Origin: a candidate division WOR-3 bacterium
GTDB taxonomy: Bacteria; Hydrothermota; Tepidihabitantia; SM23-42
DNA length: 64,000 bases
Direction: 5' to 3'
NCBI GenBank assembly: GCA_020355325.1
Contig: CP070664.1
Location: 2,589,189-2,653,188 of the forward strand
This document shows positions 1 to 9,074 of this stretch, piece after piece. The stretch's first letter is position 1. The number at the start of each line of letters is the position of its first letter. The notes beneath the pieces were generated by a model, which worked only from the letters and a program-made list of their open reading frames with translations, was not told the origin of the DNA and ran no database searches. A program made the translations under genes and the position numbers.

Positions 1-60
1 AGATATCTGCACTCCCCATTCGAAATCTATGAGGGAAGGCGGATAGGTGAGGAGGAAGTC

Positions 61-387
61 ATGACCCGAGAACTTACTGATAACAACTTCCATCAGGAAG
101 TAGAAAAATCTGAAATTCCTTACTTGGTTGATTTCTGGGCCATATGGTGTCCACCATGTGCAATGCTTGCGCCAGTCTTAGAAGAACTCTCTGAAAAATT
201 TGAAGGGAAGATAAAGGTAGGTAAAGTTAATGTCGATAATGAAATTAAAACAGCGAATGAATTCGTGATACAAAATATTCCTACCCTCATCATATTCAAA
301 AATGCCAAGGAGGTTGAACGAATAGTAGGTGCGGTGCCCAAAGAACACATTGAAAAAAAAATCAAGATACATATTGAAAATAAATAA
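61..387 (+). CDS. trxA: thioredoxin
   Basis: 108 aa. WCPPC active site (FWAIWCPPC). SD gaggagg just upstream. Confidence 0.9.
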   Translation: MTRELTDNNFHQEVEKSEIPYLVDFWAIWCPPCAMLAPVLEELSEKFEGKIKVGKVNVDNEIKTANEFVIQNIPTLIIFKNAKEVERIVGAVPKEHIEKKIKIHIENK

Positions 388-402
388 TGTAAAGGAGATA
401 AA

Positions 403-894
403 ATGAAAAAATCGACAATCATCCTTCTTCTTTTCTTATTATCCACAACATGCGGCACCAGGAAACCAGAACAAGAGGGGTCTATGAGTGCTGCCGATTT
501 TACTCTTTCTGCGCTTGATGGCGAGACCATCACACTTTCAGAGCTTAAGGGCAAAGTTGTACTCGTTGATTTTTGGGCGACGTGGTGTCCACCCTGCAAA
601 AACTCGATACCTCACTTGATCGAGCTCTATGAAAAATATAAAGATAGAGGGTTTATCGTTCTTGGAATAAGTCTCGAGGATCGAGAAAAATTGGAGAAAT
701 TCGTGGCGGAGTATAACATTACATATCCAATCCTTCTTGGAACGCGCGATATTGCACAAACATATGGAGTTCAGGCAATTCCGAAGAGCATATTTATTGA
801 TAGAAAAGGTACGATACGAAAGGTTCAGACCGGCTTCAGTCCTGAATTAGCTCCTGTTTTTGAATCGCTCGTTGACTCGCTCTTAAAAGAATGA
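403..894 (+). CDS. TlpA/ResA-family thiol:disulfide oxidoreductase, exported
   Basis: 163 aa. Hydrophobic N-terminus ending STTCG. Redoxin motif VLVDFWATWCPPC. SD aaaggag. Confidence 0.8.
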   Translation: MKKSTIILLLFLLSTTCGTRKPEQEGSMSAADFTLSALDGETITLSELKGKVVLVDFWATWCPPCKNSIPHLIELYEKYKDRGFIVLGISLEDREKLEKFVAEYNITYPILLGTRDIAQTYGVQAIPKSIFIDRKGTIRKVQTGFSPELAPVFESLVDSLLKE

Positions 895-941
895 ACAGAT
901 TTTTTGACATACAAGGGTTCTGTATATAAGGAGCTCTTACA

Positions 942-1337
942 ATGGTGAAACTCGTTTGGCAAAAAGGGCTTCAATTTTTAGTCCAGGATGGTCGTAATCA
1001 TACAATCGTAGTCGATACCGAAAAGGAATTTGGTGGTCTTGACGAGGGCTTTCGACCAATGGATTTACTATTGGTTTCTCTTGCCGGATGTATGGGGATG
1101 GATATAGTTGGTATTCTTAAGAAAAAGGGAGGCAAAATAGACACTTTTGAGATCGTGGTGAATGGTGAAAGGGCTCCTGACCATCCAAGAAGGTATACAA
1201 AGATTTCGATTGCGTTCAAATGTGAAGGTGATTATAAACGAGAAGATCTACTGCGATCTTTTGAGCTTTCGCGGGATAAGTATTGCTCAGTCGTTGCAAC
1301 GCTCAAAGACGCACCTAAACTCGAGTTTGTGATTTAA
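942..1337 (+). CDS. OsmC/Ohr-family protein
   Basis: 131 aa. Two Cys contexts (LAGCMGMD, DKYCSV) and a length typical of the OsmC family. Confidence 0.7.
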   Translation: MVKLVWQKGLQFLVQDGRNHTIVVDTEKEFGGLDEGFRPMDLLLVSLAGCMGMDIVGILKKKGGKIDTFEIVVNGERAPDHPRRYTKISIAFKCEGDYKREDLLRSFELSRDKYCSVVATLKDAPKLEFVI

Positions 1338-1340
1338 AGA

Positions 1341-2801
1341 TTATTCTGCTTTTACGATCTTTTTTGCAAAAATATCTGTTCCGGATTTTAAAACACAAAA
1401 ATAGGTTCCCGCAGGCAATTTATTATTGAAATTATCGTCACCGTGCCAGGTAATTTGGTTGGATAGTCTTATAGCTCCGCCTGATTGGGCGTGAGTGTCT
1501 GTATACGGCATCGTATAGTCAAATTGTCTAACTAATCTACCCAAAATGTCATAGATTTCTAATGCTATGCCCTTTGTCCTATGCTCGTTGCCATACTGAA
1601 TCGCGGTTTCTTCAATGAATGGATTTGGTGTGATGTTCAAGGAGATTGACTGGTAGTTGTTCTTCGACTCTTTCATTCCGATCGGATAGCCAAAGTCAGC
1701 CAGATAAATACTATATGGAGGGTTCTCTCCTTGTGTCCACACGAGATATGCACCACAACAATTTGGGTATCTAACTGGTTCCTGGATAGTGAAAAGTTCG
1801 CGTAATGAGCCACTTGCATACCATCCGGCTGCATATTCATAATAGAGATGGTAGTAAATATCATCGTAGCCTAAAGAGTCTTCTTGCCAGAAAAGATAAC
1901 TCCATGTTGTCCCCACTGTGGAAATCACTGGATATCGTGAACGTCCTTGAGTAGCATAACCACCACCATTTCCTCCATAAAAAGTCGCTTCTAAGTTACC
2001 TGAAGTGCTGTCTTCCCAGCAGGCAGACAATGATTCTACTCCATGAGAAAAATCTAGTGCAGGATTGCGTAGTACATGCGAATCTGCAGCTAGAGGAGTT
2101 GTACTGGACCATGTAGTTCCTTCTTTGTATCGTAACATTATGTGAAATGGTGTATACGCGCTCGTATCAACACAACACCACAGGACATAAATACGGTAAT
2201 TGGGTTGAAATATACTGATTGATGAGTGTGAATGGGTGGCTTGTGCTGAGCCATATTCACTGATGCGAACTGTATCTGTGAGCATACCGAGCTCGCAGGA
2301 TCGGTAGTAGATATGATTGTAATAATTTACCTGCTCTGTCCAGGTTATATGAACAACAAGATTTGAATCGACAACGAGATCAGGTAAGATAGAATTTCCT
2401 GATGACTCACTCACATTTATTGGTGGAGCCCAGTCGTCGAGACAATCATAATAGATGTCAAAATTACTACCAACGGTATCGAAATACTGCCACACCATAT
2501 GACGAAATCCATCTCTGTCTATATCGAAAGCAGGATTCGTACCGGGATGCAATGCAAGCGGGGTTTGCCAGGATGGCCCTCCATCAGTTGTGCAGGTATA
2601 GTATATACTGTCTGAAGAATGGTAAACTACATGGATGGTATCATTAGGCCCCTCACCATAGTGGGTAACGACCTTACGACTGTTATTAAATGCTGTTGCA
2701 TCATAGGAATTGGATGTGGTAACGAAGTAATGATATTGCTGTGCGCCTGCAATTGCCAATAAGATTATAAGACACAACACACATTTTTGTTGAGTAAACA
2801 T
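1341..2801 (-). CDS. secreted BNR/Asp-box protein with T9SS-type C-terminal sorting domain
   Basis: 486 aa. Signal-like N-terminus. Asp-box TTDGGPSW. C-terminal beta-sandwich motif ITWHGDDNFNNKLPAGTYFCVLK resembles Por/T9SS CTDs. Confidence 0.6.
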   Translation of the reverse strand: MFTQQKCVLCLIILLAIAGAQQYHYFVTTSNSYDATAFNNSRKVVTHYGEGPNDTIHVVYHSSDSIYYTCTTDGGPSWQTPLALHPGTNPAFDIDRDGFRHMVWQYFDTVGSNFDIYYDCLDDWAPPINVSESSGNSILPDLVVDSNLVVHITWTEQVNYYNHIYYRSCELGMLTDTVRISEYGSAQATHSHSSISIFQPNYRIYVLWCCVDTSAYTPFHIMLRYKEGTTWSSTTPLAADSHVLRNPALDFSHGVESLSACWEDSTSGNLEATFYGGNGGGYATQGRSRYPVISTVGTTWSYLFWQEDSLGYDDIYYHLYYEYAAGWYASGSLRELFTIQEPVRYPNCCGAYLVWTQGENPPYSIYLADFGYPIGMKESKNNYQSISLNITPNPFIEETAIQYGNEHRTKGIALEIYDILGRLVRQFDYTMPYTDTHAQSGGAIRLSNQITWHGDDNFNNKLPAGTYFCVLKSGTDIFAKKIVKAE

Positions 2802-2816
2802 GTTCGCCTCCTCTTA

Positions 2817-2844
2817 ATTATAGAGCTCTCTTTTTCTTTGTCAA
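2817..2844 (-). promoter_or_regulatory. sigma70-type promoter (TTGACA-N16-TATAAT) for 1341..2801
   Basis: Minus-strand TTGACA at 2844-2839 and TATAAT at 2822-2817. 15 nt including GGAGG precede the ATG at 2801. Confidence 0.55.
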
Positions 2845-2934
2845 GCAAAACCCGGAATTTTCTAACACGTATGATTATTATGAAAAAGTTGTTATGTTTA
2901 TTTCTTCAGGAGTATAGTGTGGATCTTTTTACTA

Positions 2935-4233
2935 TTACAACCGAAAGGGAATACTGTCAGACAAATTCCCTTGACCTGCCTTTTTCAGTAAATCTCTGGC
3001 ATAAAAAAATTGTTTTAACAATTGATTGACGTCTGCCACAGTAGTACCACTTCCTGCGGCAATTCTTCTCTTCCTTGCACCATCGATGATATCTGGTTTG
3101 CGTCGTTCCCGTTTGGTCATTGATTGTATGATCGCCTCAACTCTTTTAAACTCTTTTTCATCGATATCGCTCTCCTTAACTCCCGGAATCATACTCGCAA
3201 GTTTTCTGATTGGTCCTAACCCTTTAACTGCTCTCAATTGTGTGAGGAAATCCTCGAGGTCTAACTCGCCCTTCATCACTTTTTTTCTTAAATTCTCATG
3301 ATCGATTTTTTCTTCAATACCTTTTACCTTTTCCACGAGACTCGCAACATCACCCATTCCTAAAATTCTCTGTGCCATGCGGTCCGGATAAAATACTTCG
3401 ATGCCATCCAGCTGTTCACTCGTACATATAAAAAATATTGGCACATCAGTAGCTCTTACTATTGACAGTGCAGCACCGCCACGTGCATCTCCATCCATTT
3501 TTGTGAGAATAGCGCCTTGTAAGCCGACCTTATCTTTAAACATCTCTGCTTGTTTAACGGCATCTTGACCAGTCATGCCGTCGGCCACTAACAGACGATA
3601 GGTGGTTTGTACACTGCGGTCAATTTCTACGAGCTCCCGAACTAAATCTGCATCGATATGCAATCTGCCTGCTGTGTCAATAATAATGAGACCGTATGAT
3701 TTCTTGTGTGCGTATTCTTTGGCTTCTTTAACGGTCTCACGTGCACTATTATCCTGAAGTGGAAAGAATGGTATATGAACTCTTTCTGCCAGAATCTTGA
3801 GCTGCTGTACAGCGGCTGGCCTTTTGGCATCAGCTGGAACAAGGAGTGGATTCTTCGATTTATACCGAACAGCAAGTTTTGCCGCAGTCGTTGTTTTTCC
3901 TACTCCCTGGAGCCCGATTAAACTTATGACTGATATGTCATCCTTTGTGAACTGGATATGATGAGGATTTGTACCTAAAATCGAAATAAGTTCCTCATAT
4001 ACTGCCTTTATAACAAGTTCACCAGGCTTAAGACTTTTCGAGAGATCAATTTTTAGACATTTCGTACGGACACCTTCAATAAACTCTTTTACGACTTTGT
4101 AATTTACATCTGCTTCAAGAAGTGAAATTCTTATATCTCTGAGCACACCATCGAGCTCGCTCGTCGTGATGCGGCCATAGCCCAGTGCTTTTCTCTTGAT
4201 GAGCTGAAACTGTTCGATTAGACCTTCGAACAT
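2935..4233 (-). CDS. ffh: signal recognition particle protein Ffh
   Basis: 432 aa. MFEGL start, GLQGVGKTTT P-loop, DTAGR, TKMDGDARGG, and a Met/Arg-rich M-domain. Confidence 0.95.
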   Translation of the reverse strand: MFEGLIEQFQLIKRKALGYGRITTSELDGVLRDIRISLLEADVNYKVVKEFIEGVRTKCLKIDLSKSLKPGELVIKAVYEELISILGTNPHHIQFTKDDISVISLIGLQGVGKTTTAAKLAVRYKSKNPLLVPADAKRPAAVQQLKILAERVHIPFFPLQDNSARETVKEAKEYAHKKSYGLIIIDTAGRLHIDADLVRELVEIDRSVQTTYRLLVADGMTGQDAVKQAEMFKDKVGLQGAILTKMDGDARGGAALSIVRATDVPIFFICTSEQLDGIEVFYPDRMAQRILGMGDVASLVEKVKGIEEKIDHENLRKKVMKGELDLEDFLTQLRAVKGLGPIRKLASMIPGVKESDIDEKEFKRVEAIIQSMTKRERRKPDIIDGARKRRIAAGSGTTVADVNQLLKQFFYARDLLKKAGQGNLSDSIPFRL

Positions 4234-4868
4234 CTTAAATCCTCTATTGCTTTTTTATAATTATCACTTCTGAACACTGCTGCGCCAGCGACGATAATAT
4301 CGGCCCCAGCCCTTTTCAGCACACATGCATTTTCCCCATTTATTCCACCATCGACCTGGATTAAACAGCTCAAATTTTTTTTGACAATCCAGTTTTTTGC
4401 CTCCTCAATCTTCTTTACGTTTTCAGGCATGAATTTTTGACCGTAAAAACCTGGATGGACACTCATAATGAGTAGAAAATTGAGGTGCTCTACATAACGC
4501 GTCACATTTTGAAATGGTGTTGGTGGGGAAATTGCGAGCCCTACTTTTTTCTTATGGTTTTTGATAACGGTGATGCATTTTTCGGGGTTATCTGTCGCCT
4601 CGGCATGGAACGATATCCAATCGGCGCCAGCATCGATAAAAGCCTTGAGATACTTTTCTGGTTTAATAATCATGAGGTGGGCATCGAGTTCGAGATCAGA
4701 TATCGCATCGATTGCTTGAACGATCATGGGTCCAAACGTTATGTTCGGTACAAAGACCCCGTCCATGATATCGAGATGGAGAAGATCGGCACCGGCCTTC
4801 TCGACTTCTTTTATTGCGCGTTGAAAATCCGAAAAATCTGCTGCAATAACTGATGGAGCAACAATCAC
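4218..4868 (-). CDS. rpe: ribulose-phosphate 3-epimerase
   Basis: 216 aa. SVIAADF, HLDIMDGVFVPN and QVDGGI motifs. Overlaps ffh by 16 nt. Confidence 0.9.
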   Translation of the reverse strand: MIVAPSVIAADFSDFQRAIKEVEKAGADLLHLDIMDGVFVPNITFGPMIVQAIDAISDLELDAHLMIIKPEKYLKAFIDAGADWISFHAEATDNPEKCITVIKNHKKKVGLAISPPTPFQNVTRYVEHLNFLLIMSVHPGFYGQKFMPENVKKIEEAKNWIVKKNLSCLIQVDGGINGENACVLKRAGADIIVAGAAVFRSDNYKKAIEDLRCSKV

Positions 4869-5569
4869 TTTATAACCATAACATTGACAGTGTCGCCAAC
4901 GCTGACAACCTGTTCTGGTTCAGGGTGTTGAATAATAATATTTCCCTTCGTGCCACTTGCCTCAACTACTCGTATTTCTCCAAGAGTCAGACCCATATTT
5001 TTCAAGACGCCCCTCGCCTCGTTGAGGTTCAATCCTAATAAATCAGGCATCCTGAGAATAAATCCTCTACTTACCACGACGCGTAGTGCATCGCCTTTTT
5101 TCACCTCAGACTCAACATCAGGAACGGTTTTTATTATCTTCCCGAGAGGGAGTGAATCAGAAAAGGCAGAATCAACCGATTCGATTACGAGTCCGAGATT
5201 TCTGATAATCATCTTTCCTTTTTCGAGGTCTAAACCAATGAGATAGGGAATTTTAACTGTTTCTGCTCCGAGGCTGATGCTCAGGTTTATAATCCGACCA
5301 ATCTTGACTTGCTCACCAGGAAGTGGATTCTGAACTATTACATGTCCTTCATCAATGATGTGGTCATATCGTCTTTCAGTGACGACCCCATCGAGGTTGT
5401 GTTTTCTTAGTTCTGTAAGAGCGTCTTCGAAGGCGAGGTTACAAATGTTCGGGACTGTTACTTCTTCGCCGAGGTGCACCACAGATGGCATTATTACAAA
5501 ATTAGTAATGATCACACCGATGATGAAAAATATTATGATAGTAATTACGTAAATATAGACCTTTTTCAC
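4865..5569 (-). CDS. membrane-anchored PASTA-repeat protein (no kinase or PBP domain)
   Basis: 234 aa. N-terminal TM helix, then three ~65-aa PASTA-like repeats. Confidence 0.7.
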   Translation of the reverse strand: MKKVYIYVITIIIFFIIGVIITNFVIMPSVVHLGEEVTVPNICNLAFEDALTELRKHNLDGVVTERRYDHIIDEGHVIVQNPLPGEQVKIGRIINLSISLGAETVKIPYLIGLDLEKGKMIIRNLGLVIESVDSAFSDSLPLGKIIKTVPDVESEVKKGDALRVVVSRGFILRMPDLLGLNLNEARGVLKNMGLTLGEIRVVEASGTKGNIIIQHPEPEQVVSVGDTVNVMVIK

Positions 5570-6291
5570 TCGAGTACAGTTGCGACAACGAGGTCGATCC
5601 TTGAACCTTTTTTGGCCTGTCGTCCAGCGGTCGGATGCTGCTGCATTATTATACCAACATTATATTCTGTGCTTATCTCATACGAAACGTTGCCTACTAC
5701 AAAACCTGCTTCTTGTATCATCCTTTTTGCTGTTGATAAAGATCTGCCAATTAATCGTGGCACGGTGAGAACTTCGGTGCCGCGGCTGAGAATAACAGTA
5801 ACACCATCATCTCTTTGAAGTTCGGCTCCAGCTTGTGGAAGTGTGGATATAATTTTATCTTTTTCAATTTCATCATTCTCTTCACTTTTTACTTCGCCAA
5901 TTTTGAGCCCCAATTCAGAGAGGGCTATAGTTGCTTCACTGAGGCCTTTGCCACGTAAATCTGGTAGTTTAATGAGACCCGATCCTTTTGAGATAAATAC
6001 TGTGACGGCAGATTTTCTCGCCACGAAAGAACCAGGAAGTGGCGTTTGACGACAGACGACATTTGCCGGTACTTTATCATTTTCTTCTTCGCCGCCGACA
6101 ACGAGTAACAGACCTCGCGATTCTGCTATTGTACGTGCTTGCTCAGTCGTAGAACCCGATAAATCAGGCACCAAAACGTCTGTTGATCTCATGCGAGGGA
6201 GCACAAAGAAAAAGATCGCACAAACAATAATTGAGGTAAATAATGATACTAAAAAAGATACGAGAAAAACTCGTGTTCCATTATAATACAT
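5566..6291 (-). CDS. membrane-anchored PASTA-repeat protein (no kinase or PBP domain)
   Basis: 241 aa. N-terminal TM helix, then three PASTA-like repeats. 4-nt overlap with the downstream paralogue. SD aaaggag. Confidence 0.7.
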   Translation of the reverse strand: MYYNGTRVFLVSFLVSLFTSIIVCAIFFFVLPRMRSTDVLVPDLSGSTTEQARTIAESRGLLLVVGGEEENDKVPANVVCRQTPLPGSFVARKSAVTVFISKGSGLIKLPDLRGKGLSEATIALSELGLKIGEVKSEENDEIEKDKIISTLPQAGAELQRDDGVTVILSRGTEVLTVPRLIGRSLSTAKRMIQEAGFVVGNVSYEISTEYNVGIIMQQHPTAGRQAKKGSRIDLVVATVLE

Positions 6292-6344
6292 ATATCTCCT
6301 TTCAGCGTAGATGCCTCGTTACTTCCCACTTCTCATTTGTTATC

Positions 6345-6433
6345 CGGAGAGGGCGGGATTTGAACCCGCGTTTCACCTCTCGGTGAAAACACGATTTCCA
6401 GTCGTGCTCCTTCGGCCGCTCGGACACCTCTCC
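6345..6433 (-). tRNA. tRNA-Ser (anticodon GGA)
   Basis: Manual fold gives acceptor GGAGAGG/CCTCTCC, anticodon stem CACGA/TCGTG and loop CTGGAAA. It has a long variable arm (TTCACC-GAGA-GGTGAA) and T arm GCGGG-TTCAAAT-CCCGC. Confidence 0.9.
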
Positions 6434-6436
6434 AAA

Positions 6437-6628
6437 CTACGGTTCTTTCTCTGTCTTAGCCTTGTCTGTTTTTGTTTCCTCTTCTGGGTTTTCTATCTCT
6501 TTGAGGCCTTTTCTAAATTCTTTGATGCCTTTACCTAAACTTTTCGCTAAATCAGGAATTTTCTTGGCCCCGAAGAGCAGCAAGGCAATAAGTAGAATGA
6601 GTAAAATCTCTTGCCAACCAATGTTCAT
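6437..6628 (-). CDS. tatA: twin-arginine translocase subunit TatA/E
   Basis: 63 aa. One TM helix followed by an amphipathic helix ([25 protein letters not shown]). SD aggagg. Confidence 0.85.
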   Translation of the reverse strand: MNIGWQEILLILLIALLLFGAKKIPDLAKSLGKGIKEFRKGLKEIENPEEETKTDKAKTEKEP

Positions 6629-6643
6629 TCTTCCTCCTGGCAG

Positions 6644-6671
6644 ATTATAATAAAAATTTATAGAATGTCAA
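6644..6671 (-). promoter_or_regulatory. sigma70-type promoter for tatA operon
   Basis: Minus-strand TTGACA (6671-6666), N16, TATAAT (6649-6644). A 15-nt leader with AGGAGG follows. Confidence 0.6.
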
Positions 6672-6779
6672 TGATTCATTGCCTCAAATTGCACTCGTAT
6701 AGTAAAGATTAAGATAATTATAAATATTACTGTCATTCATTCATCGATTGTGTAACCAGAAATCCTTATACAAAACCTA

Positions 6780-6807
6780 TTGACATGACACCTATTATGA
6801 CTATAAT
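6780..6807 (+). promoter_or_regulatory. sigma70-type promoter for membrane protein gene
   Basis: TTGACA 6780-6785, N16, TATAAT 6802-6807. It lies inside the 5' end of the track ORF, so the real start is probably the GTG at 6830, after GGAGG. Confidence 0.55.
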
Positions 6808-6829
6808 CATGAGTAAAAAAGGAGGTGAA

Positions 6830-8023
6830 GTGACTAATTTACATTTCAATTACAAAGATGTTTTTCGAGCCGGTAGACTCGGCTTCAGTGCCAAGAAAAT
6901 ATGGGTTGCTTTTCTTGGCTTTTTGATTGCCTTCGTTGGCTACGGTATATTGTCCTACATAGCTTTTATTGTCGGCGGTATTGAGATTAGCGAAATTTGG
7001 GAGGCATACCGTCTTGTGCCGATATATCCAATCGGACTGCCGTGGTATTCCTGGATAATATGGGTTATTGGGTTGTTGTGGTGGATATGTGTCGCTTTAC
7101 TTTCTGGCGTAGCGATTTCTAAGATTACCTATGAACAGCTCAAAGGCGACGAGTTTTATGAAGTAAAGGAGGCGATAAAATTCGCCTTAAAGAGTGGCAA
7201 ATCAGCAATACTCGCACCATTCGTTCTTATTCTCTTTATCATTGCCTTACTTGTCATGGGCATTATTCTTGCACTCATTACCTGGATTCCTTACGTTGGC
7301 CAACTCTTCTTCATGGTGATGGCGATACCGGCGTTTGCTGTCTGCCTTTTCATTATTTATCTTGCAATTGTCACCTTCGTTTGTTTTTATATCGGCCCCT
7401 CAATTGTCGGTGAGACTGCTAACGATACATTTGATACACTCTTTGAGTCATTTTCAGTGATTAATGATCAGCCATGGCGATTCATAACCTATGGCATTCT
7501 GCTACTCATAGTTGTTGCAATAGGCGTTGGATTACTAGGATTCTTTTCGGCAAAGGCAATCTTTTTGGCACAGGATGTGCTCGGGATAATTGTGCCAGCA
7601 GATAAATTAGAAAACATTTTGAGCAATGCTGCTTACTACGTAAAAATAACTATTCCACCTCTGTGTCCAGATAATGTTTATAACCTCGTGACTAGTTATA
7701 TAGAATCGATTGGCATGCCGAATCTACTCTGGCCGCCTGATTACATCGATGCATATCAGGGTTGGGCTGGTAGGATTTCTTCATTCGGGTTAGGTATGAT
7801 CTATTACCTTATCATTCTCTTTGTGATGTCTCTCGGAGGATCAATATTCTGGGCTGGGAATACTCTAATCTTCACGGTGCTCGTGAAAAAGAAAGATGAT
7901 AAGAACCTCCTTGAAATGAAAGAAGAGGTCTTTGAGGAAACGAAAGAGGAAGCGAAACCTGAAGAGAAAAAGGAAGAGAAGGCTCAACGGGCAAAGAAAA
8001 AGGAAACAGAGAAGAAAAAATAG
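6830..8023 (+). CDS. polytopic membrane protein, unknown function, K/E-rich C-terminal tail
   Basis: Track ORF is 6785..8023. It has multiple hydrophobic helices. The start is moved to the GTG at 6830 (in frame, after AGGAGG) because the promoter overlaps the upstream ATGs. Confidence 0.55.
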   Translation: MTNLHFNYKDVFRAGRLGFSAKKIWVAFLGFLIAFVGYGILSYIAFIVGGIEISEIWEAYRLVPIYPIGLPWYSWIIWVIGLLWWICVALLSGVAISKITYEQLKGDEFYEVKEAIKFALKSGKSAILAPFVLILFIIALLVMGIILALITWIPYVGQLFFMVMAIPAFAVCLFIIYLAIVTFVCFYIGPSIVGETANDTFDTLFESFSVINDQPWRFITYGILLLIVVAIGVGLLGFFSAKAIFLAQDVLGIIVPADKLENILSNAAYYVKITIPPLCPDNVYNLVTSYIESIGMPNLLWPPDYIDAYQGWAGRISSFGLGMIYYLIILFVMSLGGSIFWAGNTLIFTVLVKKKDDKNLLEMKEEVFEETKEEAKPEEKKEEKAQRAKKKETEKKK

Positions 8024-8072
8024 AAAAAATGAGAGGGTGTTCCTCGCCCCTCATTATATGTGAGTTTCATTT

Positions 8073-8101
8073 GAAGTCCGCCAGGCCACCTGGCGGACTT
8101 C
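8073..8101 (+). terminator. 13-bp GC-rich hairpin (terminator or structured element) 7 nt before the era ATG
   Basis: gaagtccgccagg-cca-cctggcggacttc followed by gttt. It lies 50 nt after the upstream stop codon. Confidence 0.5.
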
Positions 8102-8108
8102 GTTTACT

Positions 8109-8975
8109 ATGAAATCAGGCTATATTTCAATAATAGGTAAGCCAAATGTTGGAAAATCAACACTCCTCAATCGTCTCTTGGCAGTAAAACTCGCTATCGT
8201 TAGTTCTAAACCACAGACAACGAGAAATCGTATTTTGGGGATTCTTACTGAAGGCGATCATCAATGCTACTTTCTTGATACACCGGGTATCATACAACCG
8301 AGTTATGAACTACAAATGCTTATGGTGAGTCAGATTAAAAGAGCAGTACAAGATGCCGATATAATAGTTTGGATGGTTGATCCATGGTTTCAGACAGAAG
8401 ATTTCAATCAAGAAGTTTTTCATTACATTAAACGACAGCCAATAATCTGTGTTATCAATAAAATTGACCTCATCCCAAAATCGGAGTTGCTTCCGATCAT
8501 CGAGGCCATAAAAAATCAGGGTGTGAGAGAAATTATTCCGATTTCTGCACTAACTGGAGATGGTATTGAAGATCTTAAAAAAACTATTTTCCACTATCTG
8601 CCAGAGAGTCCATTTTTATACTCACCCGAAGATCTCTCAGATAGTCCAGAAAGGTTTTTTGTTGCTGAGTTGGTGCGCGAGCGGGTATTCGATTATTTCA
8701 AGAAAGAAATCCCTTATGCTACTGCAGTTATCATTGATGAGTTTAAGGAACGAGAAAAGGGAAAGGATTATATACGAGCTATAATATACGTTGAAAGAAA
8801 ATCACAGAAAGCTATTCTCATCGGAAAAAATGGCGAGGCATTGAAGAAGGTGGGTGAGGCGGCGCGAAAAGAGATAGAAGATTTTTTGGGGCGTGAGATC
8901 TATCTGGACTTATGGGTAAAGGTCAGGGAAAAATGGAGGAAAGACAAGAAATTTTTAAAGGAACTTGGGTATTGA
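8109..8975 (+). CDS. era: GTPase Era
   Basis: 288 aa. GKPNVGKSTLLN, DTPG and NKID motifs with a C-terminal KH-like region. Confidence 0.9.
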   Translation: MKSGYISIIGKPNVGKSTLLNRLLAVKLAIVSSKPQTTRNRILGILTEGDHQCYFLDTPGIIQPSYELQMLMVSQIKRAVQDADIIVWMVDPWFQTEDFNQEVFHYIKRQPIICVINKIDLIPKSELLPIIEAIKNQGVREIIPISALTGDGIEDLKKTIFHYLPESPFLYSPEDLSDSPERFFVAELVRERVFDYFKKEIPYATAVIIDEFKEREKGKDYIRAIIYVERKSQKAILIGKNGEALKKVGEAARKEIEDFLGREIYLDLWVKVREKWRKDKKFLKELGY

Positions 8976-9074
8976 GTTAGTGAATTGTTGTTTAGTCATT
9001 GGTTAATTAAGAGATTAATTAGACTTTTAAATGTGGAATCGGGCTTCCGCCCGCGGTGTAAAAAAGGAGCCAAT

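Noticed and set aside
120-599. Long antisense or alternative-frame ORFs inside well-supported genes, such as 120..599, 33714..34136, 38899..39528, 41085..41495 and 61455..61895
   Set aside because: They fully overlap genes with strong family motifs on the other strand or frame. They have low-complexity or Ser/Pro/Arg-rich translations typical of shadow ORFs, and they lack SD or promoter signals.
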